This document shows positions 11,069-23,029 of a DNA stretch of 64,000 nt, in pieces. This DNA comes from Ranitomeya imitator (lineage: Eukaryota), in NCBI RefSeq assembly GCF_032444005.1, contig NC_091287.1:195362001-195426000 (forward strand), read 5' to 3'. The position numbers and the translations under genes are program-made. Position 1 is the first letter of the stretch, and each line of letters begins with the position of its first letter. The notes beneath the pieces were generated by a model. The model worked only from the letters and a program-made list of their open reading frames with translations. It had not been told where the DNA came from and ran no database searches.

Positions 11069-11986
11069 TTAGGAGTTTTTTGCATTGGAAGTCTTATGGA
11101 CCCGTAGCCATTCAGTTGCCTCTTCCGGATCAGTGAAGAATATAGAAGATCCCTCATGAACAACCCGCAGACGAGCTGGATAAATCATGGAGTAAATGAT
11201 ATTCCGGTCTCTCAGTTGTTTTTTGATTTCCATGAAGCGTGCTCGTTGTTTCTGAAGCTCCATCGAGAAATCCGGAAAAATCGAAATCGTGGAGTTATGA
11301 AATTTGATAGGGCTCCTCTGCCGCGCCAATCGTAGAATGGTATCTCTATCCTTGCAATTAAGAAGGCGAGCCAGAAAGGGCCTTGGCGGAGTTCCGGGAG
11401 GGAGGGGCCTCGTAGGGACCCTATGAGCCCTTTCCACGGAAAAGGTTGAGGAGAATTCGCCTCCCAAGGAAGTTTTAAGCCAGTCCTCCAGAAATTCTTC
11501 CGGTTGTTGACCCTCTGATCGCTCTGGTAGACCAATAATTCGGATATTATTCCGACGCAGTCTATTCTCTAGATCATCCGCTTTCTGTTTCCAAGCATTT
11601 ATAGAGCCAGCCACTTTTGTCAATTTAGTCTCCATGGGGGCAATGGTATCTTCCACCTGTGACACTCTCGTCTCCACCTCTGTAATGCGTCCTCCCATAG
11701 TTTGCATGTCGTGCCTTAGGCGGCCCACCTCAGTGTGTACATCTTCAATTTTTTCAGTGAGGGAGGATCTAGTTAAAGATATGGCTTGCATTAGTTGTTC
11801 AGAGGCCTGTTTAAGGGTTAACTCCTCTTGTTCACCTTCCTCATTACTATCAGAAGAACGGCCTTTACGTTGCACTTGTGAGGCATTACCGCGGAGGGTC
11901 CGACCACCCTCTGATGGGTCCTCCCTGACAAATTTTTTAAGTTTATCAGCCACTCCCGACCCCTTAGTATGCTGCATAGTTGACAA
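11069..11986 (-). CDS. L1 ORF1: coiled coil plus RRM/CTD RNA-binding protein, 305 aa
   Basis: Heptad region followed by LENRLRRNNIRIIGLPE, VERAHRV, IFPDFS and YPARLRV, typical of vertebrate L1 ORF1p. Confidence 0.93.
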   Translation of the reverse strand: MSTMQHTKGSGVADKLKKFVREDPSEGGRTLRGNASQVQRKGRSSDSNEEGEQEELTLKQASEQLMQAISLTRSSLTEKIEDVHTEVGRLRHDMQTMGGRITEVETRVSQVEDTIAPMETKLTKVAGSINAWKQKADDLENRLRRNNIRIIGLPERSEGQQPEEFLEDWLKTSLGGEFSSTFSVERAHRVPTRPLPPGTPPRPFLARLLNCKDRDTILRLARQRSPIKFHNSTISIFPDFSMELQKQRARFMEIKKQLRDRNIIYSMIYPARLRVVHEGSSIFFTDPEEATEWLRVHKTSNAKNS

Positions 11987-14718
11987 GGATAAGGGGGTAG
12001 AAGAACAGCCCAGATTGTGCTGCGGAGCAGCACCAAGATCTCCTTACAAGGTCAGAAGTAGCAGAGCCCACGGGGAGCTATATATATATGAGGTTAGACA
12101 ACTCCAGGAGTGTAAGGTATGTCCAGTCTGCCCAGAGAGGGGGGAGCCCACAGCACCAACAGTAGCAGCAGAGGGGAGGGGTGCCAAACCCTCCAAATGA
12201 CAAGCACCAGTGAGATAGATGTTTCTCAGACAGGGGAGTGCAGGGCCCAGTCTTTCAGGGCACTCACTGCTTGTCCCCTCAATAAAGGAGAATCAGGATG
12301 CGTGCTCACCTCCTCAGTGGCGCTGCAAATGTGGCTCTTCGCGCCGCCTCTCCTCTGTCAGAGAGCGCGCTTATAGTTGGGGCGCCGCAATGTCAGTGCC
12401 GCCTCACAGGTCCCCCCGTCTGGCACACAGAGATCCAGCCGTCCACAGTGCGCTCCCCGGGAGATCTCTAAAGCGCAGGGGAAGCCCCGGCACTGATAGA
12501 AGCCGGCGCTGCTCTGTATCTTCAGAGCGCGCACCTGGAAAATGGCCGCCGCTTCACTCCAGGCCCTGTGCTCCCGCCGGCTCCGCCGAACACAGCCTTC
12601 CTCTGTACCTCTCCACAGCGCTCTCAGCAGCCAAGCACCTTCCTGAGTCCAGAGGGACCTTATATCAGTCCAATGCCGGCGTGTAAAAGGGGTCCGGATA
12701 ACAGGATCACTGCAGGATACCAGGAGCTCTCTTATGGTGCGTCTGCTTCCTTCGGCTACATAGCCACGCCCCTCCGGGAAAAATATTTTGATTATACCAG
12801 GATGTCACAGGACAGCTTCCGCTATCTTCTGCGTCGGGTGGAAGGATCCATTAGCAGGCAGGATACGCAGCTCCGGAGAGCTATTTCCGCAGAGGAACGG
12901 CTGCTGGTGACTCTACGGTACGTTGCTGTTTGAATGACTGTGATATGTATTTACTTTTTATTTTATTTTACTTTTTTTTTTTTTTATTGTAATGGTCAAT
13001 GTACTTTTATAAATTACAATGTACTTTAATCTAAATTTCTTTATCTTTTTGGCAGTTTCCTGGCTACCGGAGAGACGTTGAGATCACTTCATTTCCAATT
13101 CCGGATTGGAGTCTCCACACTTTCAGGAATTATTGCAGAGACATGCCGCGCTTTGTGGGATAATCTCCGGGAGGAATTTTTACCTGTCCCTACAAGCGAA
13201 ATCTGGGAGGCCAACGCACAGAAATTCGAGCAAGTGTGTTCTTTTCCAAACTGTATTGGCGCAGTGGATGGAAAGCACATTCGTATTACAAAGCCTGTGA
13301 AAAGTGGATCCCTTTTCTACAATTACAAAAAATACTTTTCAACTGTTCTCATGGCAATTGCCGGTGCGGACTGCCGTTTTCTCGCAGTGGACATTGGTGC
13401 ATTTGGGCGTGCAAATGACTCGCGCACATTTAAAGAGTTGGATATGGGCCAAAAATTATATGGAAACAATTTTAATTTCCCACAGCCACAACCTCTTCCC
13501 CACACCGAAGGCCCTGCGATGCCATTTGTTGTGGTTGGGGATGAGGCATTCCAAATGTCTGCCAACCTATTGAAACCCTACTCCAGTCGGGGCTTGGACC
13601 ATACAAAAAGGGTTTTCAATTACAGACTGTCCAGGGCCAGAAGGACTGTGGAGTGCGCCTTTGGCATCCTAGTTTCCTAATGGCGGATATTAGGATCCGC
13701 CATTAATCTTAAAATCGAAACAGTGGATGAGGTGGTGAAGGCTTGTGTGGTTCTCCACAATTTCATTATGGCCAAAGAGAGACTAAACGTGGAACTCGAT
13801 GAACCCATAGCCAACCCATTGCCCGATTACCATGATCATCCTCTGAGGACAAGTGTGGAAATTGCGCAGATGCGGGATCGTTTTGCGGCCTATTTTGTGT
13901 CAGATGTTGGCCGTGTCATGGCAAGATCAAATGGTGTAGTAATGTTACTTTTGGACTGTCTTCTGATTATAACTACACCAATAATACCTCTACTGTGACT
14001 GTGGTAAAAATATATGAAAATAAAGTAATTTTCCGTTAAATCTGCAAAAAATGTTCCGTTTAGGTTGTTTGGGTATATGTCAAATTTGGCATGTAAGTAT
14101 AGTTCACAAATTTAATGTTCCTATTAAAAACTGGAACCTGTTGTTTTTAAAATGATGTTAAATAAAAAATTTTTAAAATTCTATACCGATTCAAATAACA
14201 TTTTTATACCATACCATAACATATACTTGTTTGTCTGATCGACGTGTATATTTGTGTTTTACATCAAAAGCAATGATAACAGCGATGTTTTACAATTGTA
14301 ACCAGGGTAAATATCTGAAGCGTGGCCCTGCGCTTAGCAACATGATGTTTACCCTGGTTACACGTGGGCCTCTGCATCGTTGTTCGCTGGAGAGCTGTCT
14401 GTGACAGCTCTCCAGGGACCAAACAGCGGACGCTGCAGTGATCTGCATCATTGTCTGTTTCGCTGCTGCATTAACTGTGAACACCTCATACACTTTAGTG
14501 TTTGTGAACACCTCATACAGCAATGAGAGACACCAAAAAAAATTGTAAAAATATTGTCTGCCATTGCATATATGAGGTGTTTGAAGCACAAAATATGTGT
14601 AGACAGCACACGGCGTGACTTGCCGAGAAAAATTCAGGAAAATAAGAACAAATAGTGTTTTTTTTTAAACCAAAATTTTTTATTGGGGGGAAAACAGAAA
14701 AAAAAGGGGTAATTAAAC

Positions 14719-17514
14719 TTAGGGGGTTTCAACCTGTGCCACCAGGGGGGAATGGTATGTGTCTTGTTTGGAATGGGGAGAGGAAGGGGAGGATGATGGC
14801 GAAGATGAGGATGATGGCGAAGAGGAGGATGATGTGAGATAGTCAAGGAGGCTTGATGGCAGATCCAAACCCTCCCCAGGGTATACTGGGGAAGAAACCG
14901 CCACCTCTGTAGGGGAGGGAGGAGGCAACACAAGCCTAGTTTGTCTTGGTTGGCCCTGGCTGCTCCTTCTGCGGCTAGAGCCCCGACGCGCACTTGTTGT
15001 CTGTACTGGAGCAGCCAGAGCCTCAGTGTGTGCCCGTGTGTGTTTCCTCTTCCTTTTTTTTTTTTTTTTGGCTACCGCGGCAGCTCCCCCAGCATGACGC
15101 CTACGGGAGGATGAATGCATGGCAGGAGCAGGAGTCGGCGGCACTATGTTATGGTGCCTGTGGTGGCGTCGCTCGGCACGTGGACCACGGTGGGGTGGCT
15201 GGAGTGGCTCTCCAGCAGGAGTGGGAGTCATGCTTGCCAGCGACGGCACTACAGGCATTGTCGCTGACTGCATGACCCCAGCCTGCTGGAGAGCCCTCAC
15301 GTAGGTAGTGTTGCAGGCCTGCATCACTGAAATCTGTAGTTCCGGCGTAAGGTGTTCCACCATGCCCTTAGCAATGGTACTAAAGAAATGTTTTGCCGGA
15401 TTTGAGAGCTCGGTTTCCATTGTTTCAAGGCGCCGGTCGATATTGGACAGACGAGTGTCCATGTTATCGCTCAACGCCTTGAAACAGTTCTGGAAAACCG
15501 TGCTCAAATGCAAAAATTCGGGCATGGCTGGCCTGTCCGAGGCCCGCTGGCGCTGTCGGGAATACCCAAACGAAGGTGCGCCAGAGGCCTCGGGCAGGGG
15601 AACACCTGATGTACCGGCTGCCGGTTCTCCAGATGGCGGTGCAAGCCTGCTGTCGCTGTGGGAGGGCTGTGATGGGTCAGATGGCGATTCATGAAGGGCC
15701 GCTTCTGCGGGGCGAGCTCTCTCGAGGGTGCTGCTGTGTGTCCTGTGAAAAGATAATGAAAAAATTAGTCTTCAATTAATAACCTATCCCATACGCCAAC
15801 TCCTGGAATAAAAATAGCATTACATTACACAACAATACAAATCCTCGGTCTCAGTCTGTGTGGGCAATAATTAATTTCTGATTGTTATCGCCAGCTGACC
15901 GTTGTGGCTGACGATAACAATCATGGACATTCCCGCTGCCAAAGCCTTTTGACCGCATACCACTGTGGGTAAAAAAAAAATTGGAATCGAAAACTTTCTG
16001 GAAACTGCCTATGCCGCAAAAATAGTTGAAAATTTAATGTCAAGATAAAAAAAAAAAAAAAAATACACAGTGATTTCGCTGATCTGATTGCAGGAACGAC
16101 CATGACGTTAGGATCATGTGATCGAGACTTCATCATTATTCCTGCGATCAGAACTACCCTGACTCAGAACTTAACCTGTCATGGACTACAAGGACTCACG
16201 CTTAACCCAAAAAAGTAACTAATGGCCTATATAGCATTTTAATAGGGATAAATTTACGTGGATGGCCAATATGTTACGCTGACTACATGGATGGGCAATA
16301 CAGTATGTGCCTGGGAAATATACTATGTGGATACGTGGCTAGAACGTGTACTATGTGGCTGCGATATTGTTCCCTGCCAATATACTATGTGGATGCACAA
16401 TGTACGTGACTGGGCAATGTACTATGTGGCTGTGCAGTAGGCTATGTGGCTGGGCACTGTAATGGGGCTGTGCAATATGGTTTGTGGACAAAATACTTGC
16501 TGTCGGCGGCCAAGGACCGGTCTTAAGAACTGTAAAGACTTTGCATATTTGTAGGGCACAGACTTGGCCGCAGCAGCACCACTCTTCGATCGCTCCTCCT
16601 CAGCCCGTATCCCCTTATTGAAACGGTCCTTCATGGATCGCCATCTGATCCTCAACCTTTTAACTGTGAATGCAAAGGAAAAAAAAAAAGGTTACATATG
16701 TAGCATTTTAAAAGGATAAAACAACCGTGTGCGATGCAAAACTTTAGGCGTTTATTGCATCACACACGGTTGTGTTTATCCTGGAAAGATGGTGGGTCAT
16801 AGCAGCGTATCTGCACGGCGCATCAGCAATACTCACCAAAGTTGGCTTTGTCCTTGGCAAGAGCAATGTCAAAGCCCTCCCACATCGACTTTGCCACCTC
16901 TACCCACAAACGCCTCAACACCACCTGGTCCATGTGCCGGGAGTCACGGCTGTCCCACAACGGGCCACGCTCCTGGATGCTGGATATCAGGAGCTCCACA
17001 TCAATTTCTCCTTGGTCCCGTTGTGAAACCTAGAAAAATTGCAAACCAAAAAGGTTACAAATATGCAAATATTAACAACCACCAGCACCTGTCATAATAT
17101 GTACCTTGGCCCTATCCTTTGTCATTTGATATATGTATATTGATGGTTTCTACACCTGTATTTTTGAATGTTTTTGTTCTGAAAGTTTCACCTTTGTTAC
17201 CTTCCCCCAATACTTGCTACCCTGAAAAGTTATAATGTAAGCTTACTAAACATCCCTAGTGAAAGCAGGATGCTACTCAAAAAAAAAAAGAAATTGTTTA
17301 AAAAAAATACTCACTCGCCGTCCTGACGCCACACCTTGGCCCTGACCTCGCTGCTCCCGCTGAGTACCTTCCCCCTCACTTGAAGAAGCCTGTAAAAATT
17401 GTATAAAGAAATTATTTTCAAAACTACAAAATGACAGCAAATAGTAAGCAAATTGACATAATTACTCACCGCACTCCCCTGCGCCGATTGGCTAGATTCT
17501 GAAACTGTAGCCAT
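14719..17514 (-). CDS. Harbinger accessory MADF/Myb-SANT DNA-binding protein with a BESS-like motif, 499 aa: complement(join(14719..15742,16501..16663,16837..17029,17315..17389,17470..17514))
   Basis: Exons total 45+75+193+163+1024 = 1500 nt with compatible phases and no internal stop. MADF-like IDVELLISSIQERGPLWDSRD...LWVEVAK...WRSMKDRF. The donor after 16501 is GCAAGT; the others are GT-AG. AATAAA on the minus strand at 14679-84. Confidence 0.85.
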
Positions 17515-17529
17515 TCTTGCACGTTTGTT

Positions 17530-18669
17530 CTGGCATGAAAAAATGAAAAAAAAAATCAAATCCAAACCTAAATATGGCACATACAATAAAATAGGCCCAA
17601 AAATTTATACAACAACCACAATTGACTGTTGACTGATAAAACAATGCAAAAATAAGAAAGCGACACCACAACGCCATACATTGCAAGAGAAGACAATCAA
17701 TAGAAGAAACTATACAAGAATAGACCCAAACAAAAATAAGCAAAAATAGACACCTATGTCCAAATTTTTACATATCAAAACTTTCCAAAAAAACATTACA
17801 GGCACAAAAAAGGACAATGAAATAGCAAAATAATGAACGCCATACTTTACAATTGCAACCAGACATGATCCAAAAAAACACCATCTGGTGACATCTAACC
17901 ACAGAAAGACATCAGAAAAAGGCAATAAAAACCATTCTAGATAACAAGCAATAAACATTACGGGACAACCGCTGTAAAAATATACAGCAACCCAAAGATA
18001 AACCATAGTCAAATAGAAAAGAAAACACATGAAATTTTAAAAAAGGGCACCACCCCAAAAAATAAAAACAAATAAAAATTATACTACACACTTCGCAATG
18101 CAATCAGTCAATGAAGGAAGATATATGCCATACGGAAAACGACGTAAAAACATCAGCGATATTTTTTAAAATAAAGGGAAAGTACAATTGAAACTATAAT
18201 GGCATAGCAGCACGGAACTATACAATACAAATTAGACATCATAAATGTAGCCCCCCCACCAGCAAGAAAATATACTCAAGGAAAGAAAAAATAAAGCCAA
18301 CAGCATAATCAAAAACACAGCAAGACATGAGCCAAGAAAATGCCACACAGTTACCACCAACAATAGAAACCAGAAAAACATGCACCAGAAATTTTACAAG
18401 ACAAAATGAGCCAAAATATAGACATTGAACAACCACATGACACAAGAACAAAACACAAAACCAAACCAAAACCAACGTAAAAAAAAAAAAAAAAAGGCAA
18501 AAGACAATAAACGCAATCATATAAACCCAGAAGAACATCAGAACCAGAAAAACAATTTTTCAATAACAACCCATAACCGTAATAGCACAGACCAAACATT
18601 GCAAAAATAAATACAAATCAAGAAATAAAACACAGAATACAAAATGTGCAAAGAGAAATATATACTTAC
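17530..18669 (-). other. Probable 5'-UTR intron of the MADF gene (T-rich on the coding strand)
   Basis: GTAAGT donor at 18669-18664 and a pyrimidine-rich CCAG acceptor at about 17530, 15 nt upstream of the ATG. Confidence 0.5.
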
Positions 18670-19619
18670 AAGTTTGGCAAGCAGATTCAGATTCTCTCTT
18701 TGGTGATGACTTGTGAAAGANNNNNNNNNNNNNNNNNNNNNNNNNNNNNNNNNNNNNNNNNNNNNNNNNNNNNNNNNNNNNNNNNNNNNNNNNNNNNNNN
18801 NNNNNNNNNNNNNNNNNNNNNNNNNNNNNNNNNNNNNNNNNNNNNNNNNNNNNNNNNNNNNNNNNNNNNNNNNNNNNNNNNNNNNNNNNNNNNNNNNNNN
18901 NNNNNNNNNNNNNNNNNNNNNNNNNNNNNNNNNNNNNNNNNNNNNNNNNNNNNNNNNNNNNNNNNNNNNNNNNNNNNNNNNNNNNNNNNNNNNNNNNNNN
19001 NNNNNNNNNNNNNNNNNNNNNNNNNNNNNNNNNNNNNNNTGTCTAGACAAAGTCTAGACAATGTTTTGCATTTTTTACTGGAAAACGCATGCGTCGTACA
19101 ACGCACCACGACGCATGCGTTTTTTAAAAGGTCGGCGCCGCCCGAAAAATGCAACATGTTGCGTTTGCCGCGCCCAGACAGGTGCGCCCTAACGCCGCAT
19201 GCGGCGTAAAACGCAACACAACGCATGCACATGCGACCCCATGCGGCGCCAATGTTAAAGATAGGGCCGCACGACGCATGCGTTTTGTTGCGGCGGCGAC
19301 GCTGCGGCGCAAACCGCAAATGTGAACGTACCCTAACACCGCTGCGTATATCTCGCAAGTCACACTGCTGGTCCGTGTGTGATCAGTATTTTTGGGGCTT
19401 CCATAGACTTTAATTGAGGTTTTATTTGCGCAATACGGTGACAAGCGCAGCATGCTGCGATTTTCTACGGCCGTAGAAAGCCGTATAATACTGATCAGTT
19501 TAATACGGCAGATAGGAGCAGGGGCATAGAGAATAATTGTGCCGTATGTTTTGCGAGTTTTACGGACGTAGTTTCTGCGCTCTTACGTCCGTAAAACTCG
19601 CAAGTGTGAAGCCGGCCTA

Positions 19620-21182
19620 ACTCTATCAGATCTGAATTTGTTGAACTGAACCTAAACTTCCGAAAATTCATTTGGGGGGTTGGTGGTAGATCACGCATAA
19701 GTCTCACAAGACTACAGGCGACTAGATTGGAGGGTGGTGTTAATTTTCCCGATATGGGAAGATATAACTTTGCGGCTAACCTCAGATATGCAATTGTTTG
19801 GATTAGGGGTCTTTCTCACTTTGCAAATGTTGAATTGGAGAAACAATTTTACCCCCACATTTCGCTACTGGCTTATTTACATCTAGGCGGGGAGGACCTC
19901 CCAGTGGGAATACATGATCACCCGTCACTATGGCAAACGCTGCAAACTTGGCGACACTGCAGGAAGATTTGTAAGCTAAGGTATAATCTAGCCCCCTTCC
20001 AGACCTTTTTGGGAAATCCGGGATTTCTGAGGGGCTCTGTACCGTCTTTTTATAAGCTTTTGGCTTCCCAGGGATGCGGGCAGGTAATAGACCTCTAGGA
20101 TCTTAATTTCTCAATAATATCCTTTGAAACGGCGTCACAACGATTCACATTATTTAACAATAAACCGTTTTTATTTCTCCAGGCGCGTAGCTTGGTACAG
20201 AAATGTCAGTCAATGGGGAGGATGGTGGAGGGGAGGACCAATTTAGATGGGTTTATCCGAAATGCAAAATCTCACCCTGCTTCTATAACATTTATTCAAT
20301 ATTGCGTAGGAAATGGGTGGGGGAAGGGAAATCCACGGGAGTGGCGAGGTGGCTGAGGGATATGCCATGCTTGGAAGTGAGTGACCTCTTTGAGGCTACC
20401 ATGACACAAAGAAAGACTGCCATACAGCAGTTATACTGACATGGCACTTTTAATATTACATAGAGCCTATATCACACCTTGCCTGCAAACTAAGATGTCC
20501 CCATCCATCGTCTACCTATGCTCCAAATGTAAAGCCCGTAATACTGACATATACCATCACTTATGGAGCTGCCCGCAAATTCGGGGACTATAGGGCGAAG
20601 TACATAAAGAATTGCAAAAAAATTTGTGAGGTGGGCTTCACACTCACTCCACAATGGGCCATTTTTAATATCCTAGATGAGACATCTCGCAAATTACCCA
20701 AACACATCAAGGCAACACTTACGATATGGGTTTCAGCAACTAGGAAGAGTATTTTGCACCAGTGGTTGAGTCCTTTGGTCCCTTCGATCCCTTTCATCCA
20801 CACAAAAATTCAGTTCATATCCAGAATGGAGTGGTTGGACGCACTGACCAACAAAGAAAAACAAGTAGGCAAATTCTTTTCCACATGGGCTACATTTATT
20901 CAATCGCTCCCTTTGGAGACTAGGGAGAAACTGAGAGCACAATTTGAAAATACTCAATGGTATTTATTACAGCGGATAGGTGGTAACTCACCAATTCCAT
21001 AAGATACTTCTATGGTCAAGTGTACGCAGAGTCTGGAGGTTCATGTTTTGGTTTATGTAGGGAAGGGAGGGTTTTGGGATACATATCATTAATATTGTTA
21101 CATTACTGTATTATCAACATTGGAAATGTATGGTTTGTACTGTTTCATAAAACTAATAAACAGATTTTCAAAAAAAATAAAA
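19620..21182 (+). mobile_element. 5'-truncated, degraded L1-clade LINE (ORF2 C-terminus and 3' UTR)
   Basis: GGVNFPDMGRY resembles GGAALPDFYLY of the intact L1. CSKCKARNTDIYHHLWSC knuckle near 20517. Stops and frameshifts. AATAAA followed by an A-rich tail at about 21155-21182. Confidence 0.8.
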
Positions 21183-21779
21183 TGCTGAGCAAGTTGTTAT
21201 GATGATTAAGATTTATCTATTCTGGCACTTCGGTATTTGTTTTTTGTGTTTCTTTATTGTTACATATAAATGTTGAATGCCATAAGTTGTAATTTGAAAA
21301 GAAAAAAGGAAGAAACTCACACAAACCTAAAATCAGATGATTTAAGGCTTAAAAAAATACAAATTTGATAGATCCCAAGTTGTCCTTGTACTAATATAAA
21401 CAAGGACACGAGTAACACACATGCATGTTTTCACAATTTTAAAACATACGTTTTTTTTTCAGAATTGCGCATCAAAATTTTGAATTTGATTTCTCCAAAA
21501 CAAAATATAAAGAAACATAGTCTTGTGACCTATCAAATGAAAGCTGGTACCGTTCTGAGAAAAATGATGCCTCTCCCACCTCTTTATCTTAATCCTAGCC
21601 CGAGATATGATAAAAAATGTAAAGCCATACCAGGCCAAAATCCACGCTTTTTCAAAACTTTAAAAATCTGTAAAAAAAATTAACTGATGAAGAAAAAAAT
21701 TCTAAACTTTTAATTTGTAATTAACTAAAGTTGTACTTCATAAAAACAAAAAAATAAAAAAATCTAAAGACGTAAGGTA

Positions 21780-21915
21780 AAAAAAAAAATTCATATTTGG
21801 ATCACTTGATATGGAATGACCCGTTCCCGAGTTATTACTTCATAAAGGGACACTGGTCAGAATTGGAAAAAACAGCAAGGTCATTAAGGTCAAAATAGGC
21901 TGGGTCATGAAGGGG
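21780..21915 (+). mobile_element. Terminal fragment of a piggyBac-like element
   Basis: ...GGTCATGAAGGGG+TTAA, the reverse complement of the terminus at 29804. Confidence 0.7.
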
Positions 21916-21919
21916 TTAA

Positions 21920-23024
21920 GAAATGATGGTCAGTCAGTCCAAAAAATTGTGAAAACTTTGAAAGTGTCCCCAAGTGCAGTTGCAAAAACCATCAAGCGCT
22001 ACAAAGAAACTGGCTCACATGAGGACCGCCCCAGGAAAAGAGTCACCTCTGCTTCACCAGCCTTAGAAATCGCAGGTTAACAGCAGCTCAGATTAGAGAC
22101 CAGGTCAATGCCACAGAGTTCTAGCAGCAGACACATCTCTACAACAACTAGTAAGAGGAGACTTTGTGCAGCAGGCCTTCATGGTAAAATAGCTGCTAGG
22201 AAACCACTGCTAAGGACAGGCAACAAGCAGAAGAGACTTGTTTGGGCTAAAGAACACAAGGAATGGACATTAGACCAGTGGAAATCTGTGCTTTGGTCTG
22301 ATGAGTCCAAATTTGAGATCTTTGGTTCCAACCACCGTGTCTTGGTGCGACGCAGAAAAGGTGAACGGATGGACTCTACATGCCTTGTTCCCACCAGAAG
22401 CATGGAGGAGGTGTGATGGTGTGGGGGTGCTTTGCTGGTGACACTGTTGGGGATTTTTTTTTCAAAATTGAAGGCATACTGAACCAGCATGGCTACCACA
22501 GCATCTTCCAGCGGCATGCTATTCCATCCGGTTTGCGTTTAGTTGGACCATCATTTATTTTTCAGCAGGACAGTGACCCCAAACACACCTCCAGGATGTG
22601 TAAGGGCTATTTGACCAAGATGGAGAGTGATGGGGTGCTACGCCAGATGACCTGGCCTCCAGTCACCAGACCTGAACCCAATCAAGATGGTTTGGGGTGA
22701 GCTGGACCGCAGAGTGAAGGCAAAAGGGCCAACAAGTGCTAAGCATCTCTGGGAACTCCTTCAAGATTGTTGGAAGACCATTCCAGCTGACTACCTCTTC
22801 AAGCTCATCAAGAGAATGCCAAGAGTTTGCAAAGCAGTCATCAAAGCAAAAGTTTGCTACTTTGAAGAGCCTAGAATACAAGACATTTTCAGTTTTTTCA
22901 CACTTTTTTAAGTATATAATTCCACATGTGTTCCACATAGTTTTGATGCCTTCAGTGTGAATTTACAATTTTCATAGTCATGAAAATACACAAGTACAGG
23001 TGTCCAAACTTTTGATCTGTACTG
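21920..23024 (+). mobile_element. Tc1/mariner transposase remnant with right TIR
   Basis: Broken ORFs with RKPLLRTGNKQKRLVWAKEH, WSDESKF, MVWGCF, QQDSDPKH and WPPVTRP. Ends GTGTCCAAACTTTTGATCTGTACTG+TA. Confidence 0.85.
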
Positions 23025-23029
23025 TATGT

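Larger units (their letters stand above)
6679..12773 (-). mobile_element. Full-length L1-clade non-LTR retrotransposon
   Basis: 16-bp TSD CCGGGAAAAATATTTT (6663-78, 12774-89). Poly(A) tail with AATAAA just upstream. CpG-rich 5' UTR starting GGAGGGGCGTGGC. Two open ORFs. Confidence 0.95.
6460..13939 (+). pseudogene. Harbinger (HARBI1-like) DDE transposase, disrupted: join(6460..6678,12790..12917,13056..13939), ~410 aa reconstructed
   Basis: The frame runs across the L1 insertion (NDNREKYF|DYTRMSQ). GT-AG phase-2 intron at 12918-13055. Motifs CIGAVDGKHIRI, GDEAF and TVECAFG. Premature TAA at 13678-80, an apparent frameshift near 13915, and AATAAA at 14019. Confidence 0.9.
6111..19333 (+). mobile_element. 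Two-gene (autonomous-type) PIF/Harbinger transposon containing a nested L1
   Basis: Imperfect TIRs GTTTAAGCTCACATTTGCG / GGGTACGTTCACATTTGCG, TAA duplication (6108-10, 19334-36). Empty site CTCGCTAACACCGC at about 33529. Contains a transposase gene and a convergent MADF gene. Confidence 0.93.

Noticed and set aside
11634-12933. Plus-strand ORFs of 85-188 aa across the L1 5' region
   Set aside because: They are antisense shadows of ORF1 and the GC-rich UTR. Only 12790-12917 is meaningful, as transposase exon sequence.
17530-18720. Strongly A/C-skewed sequence giving hydrophobic minus-strand ORFs
   Set aside because: It is best explained as a T-rich intron of the MADF gene and possibly noisy consensus next to a gap; the ORFs are compositional.
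18538-19358. Long ORFs spanning N runs (also at 3475-3889, 24221-24726, 35776-36040)
   Set aside because: They are artefacts of translating through gaps.
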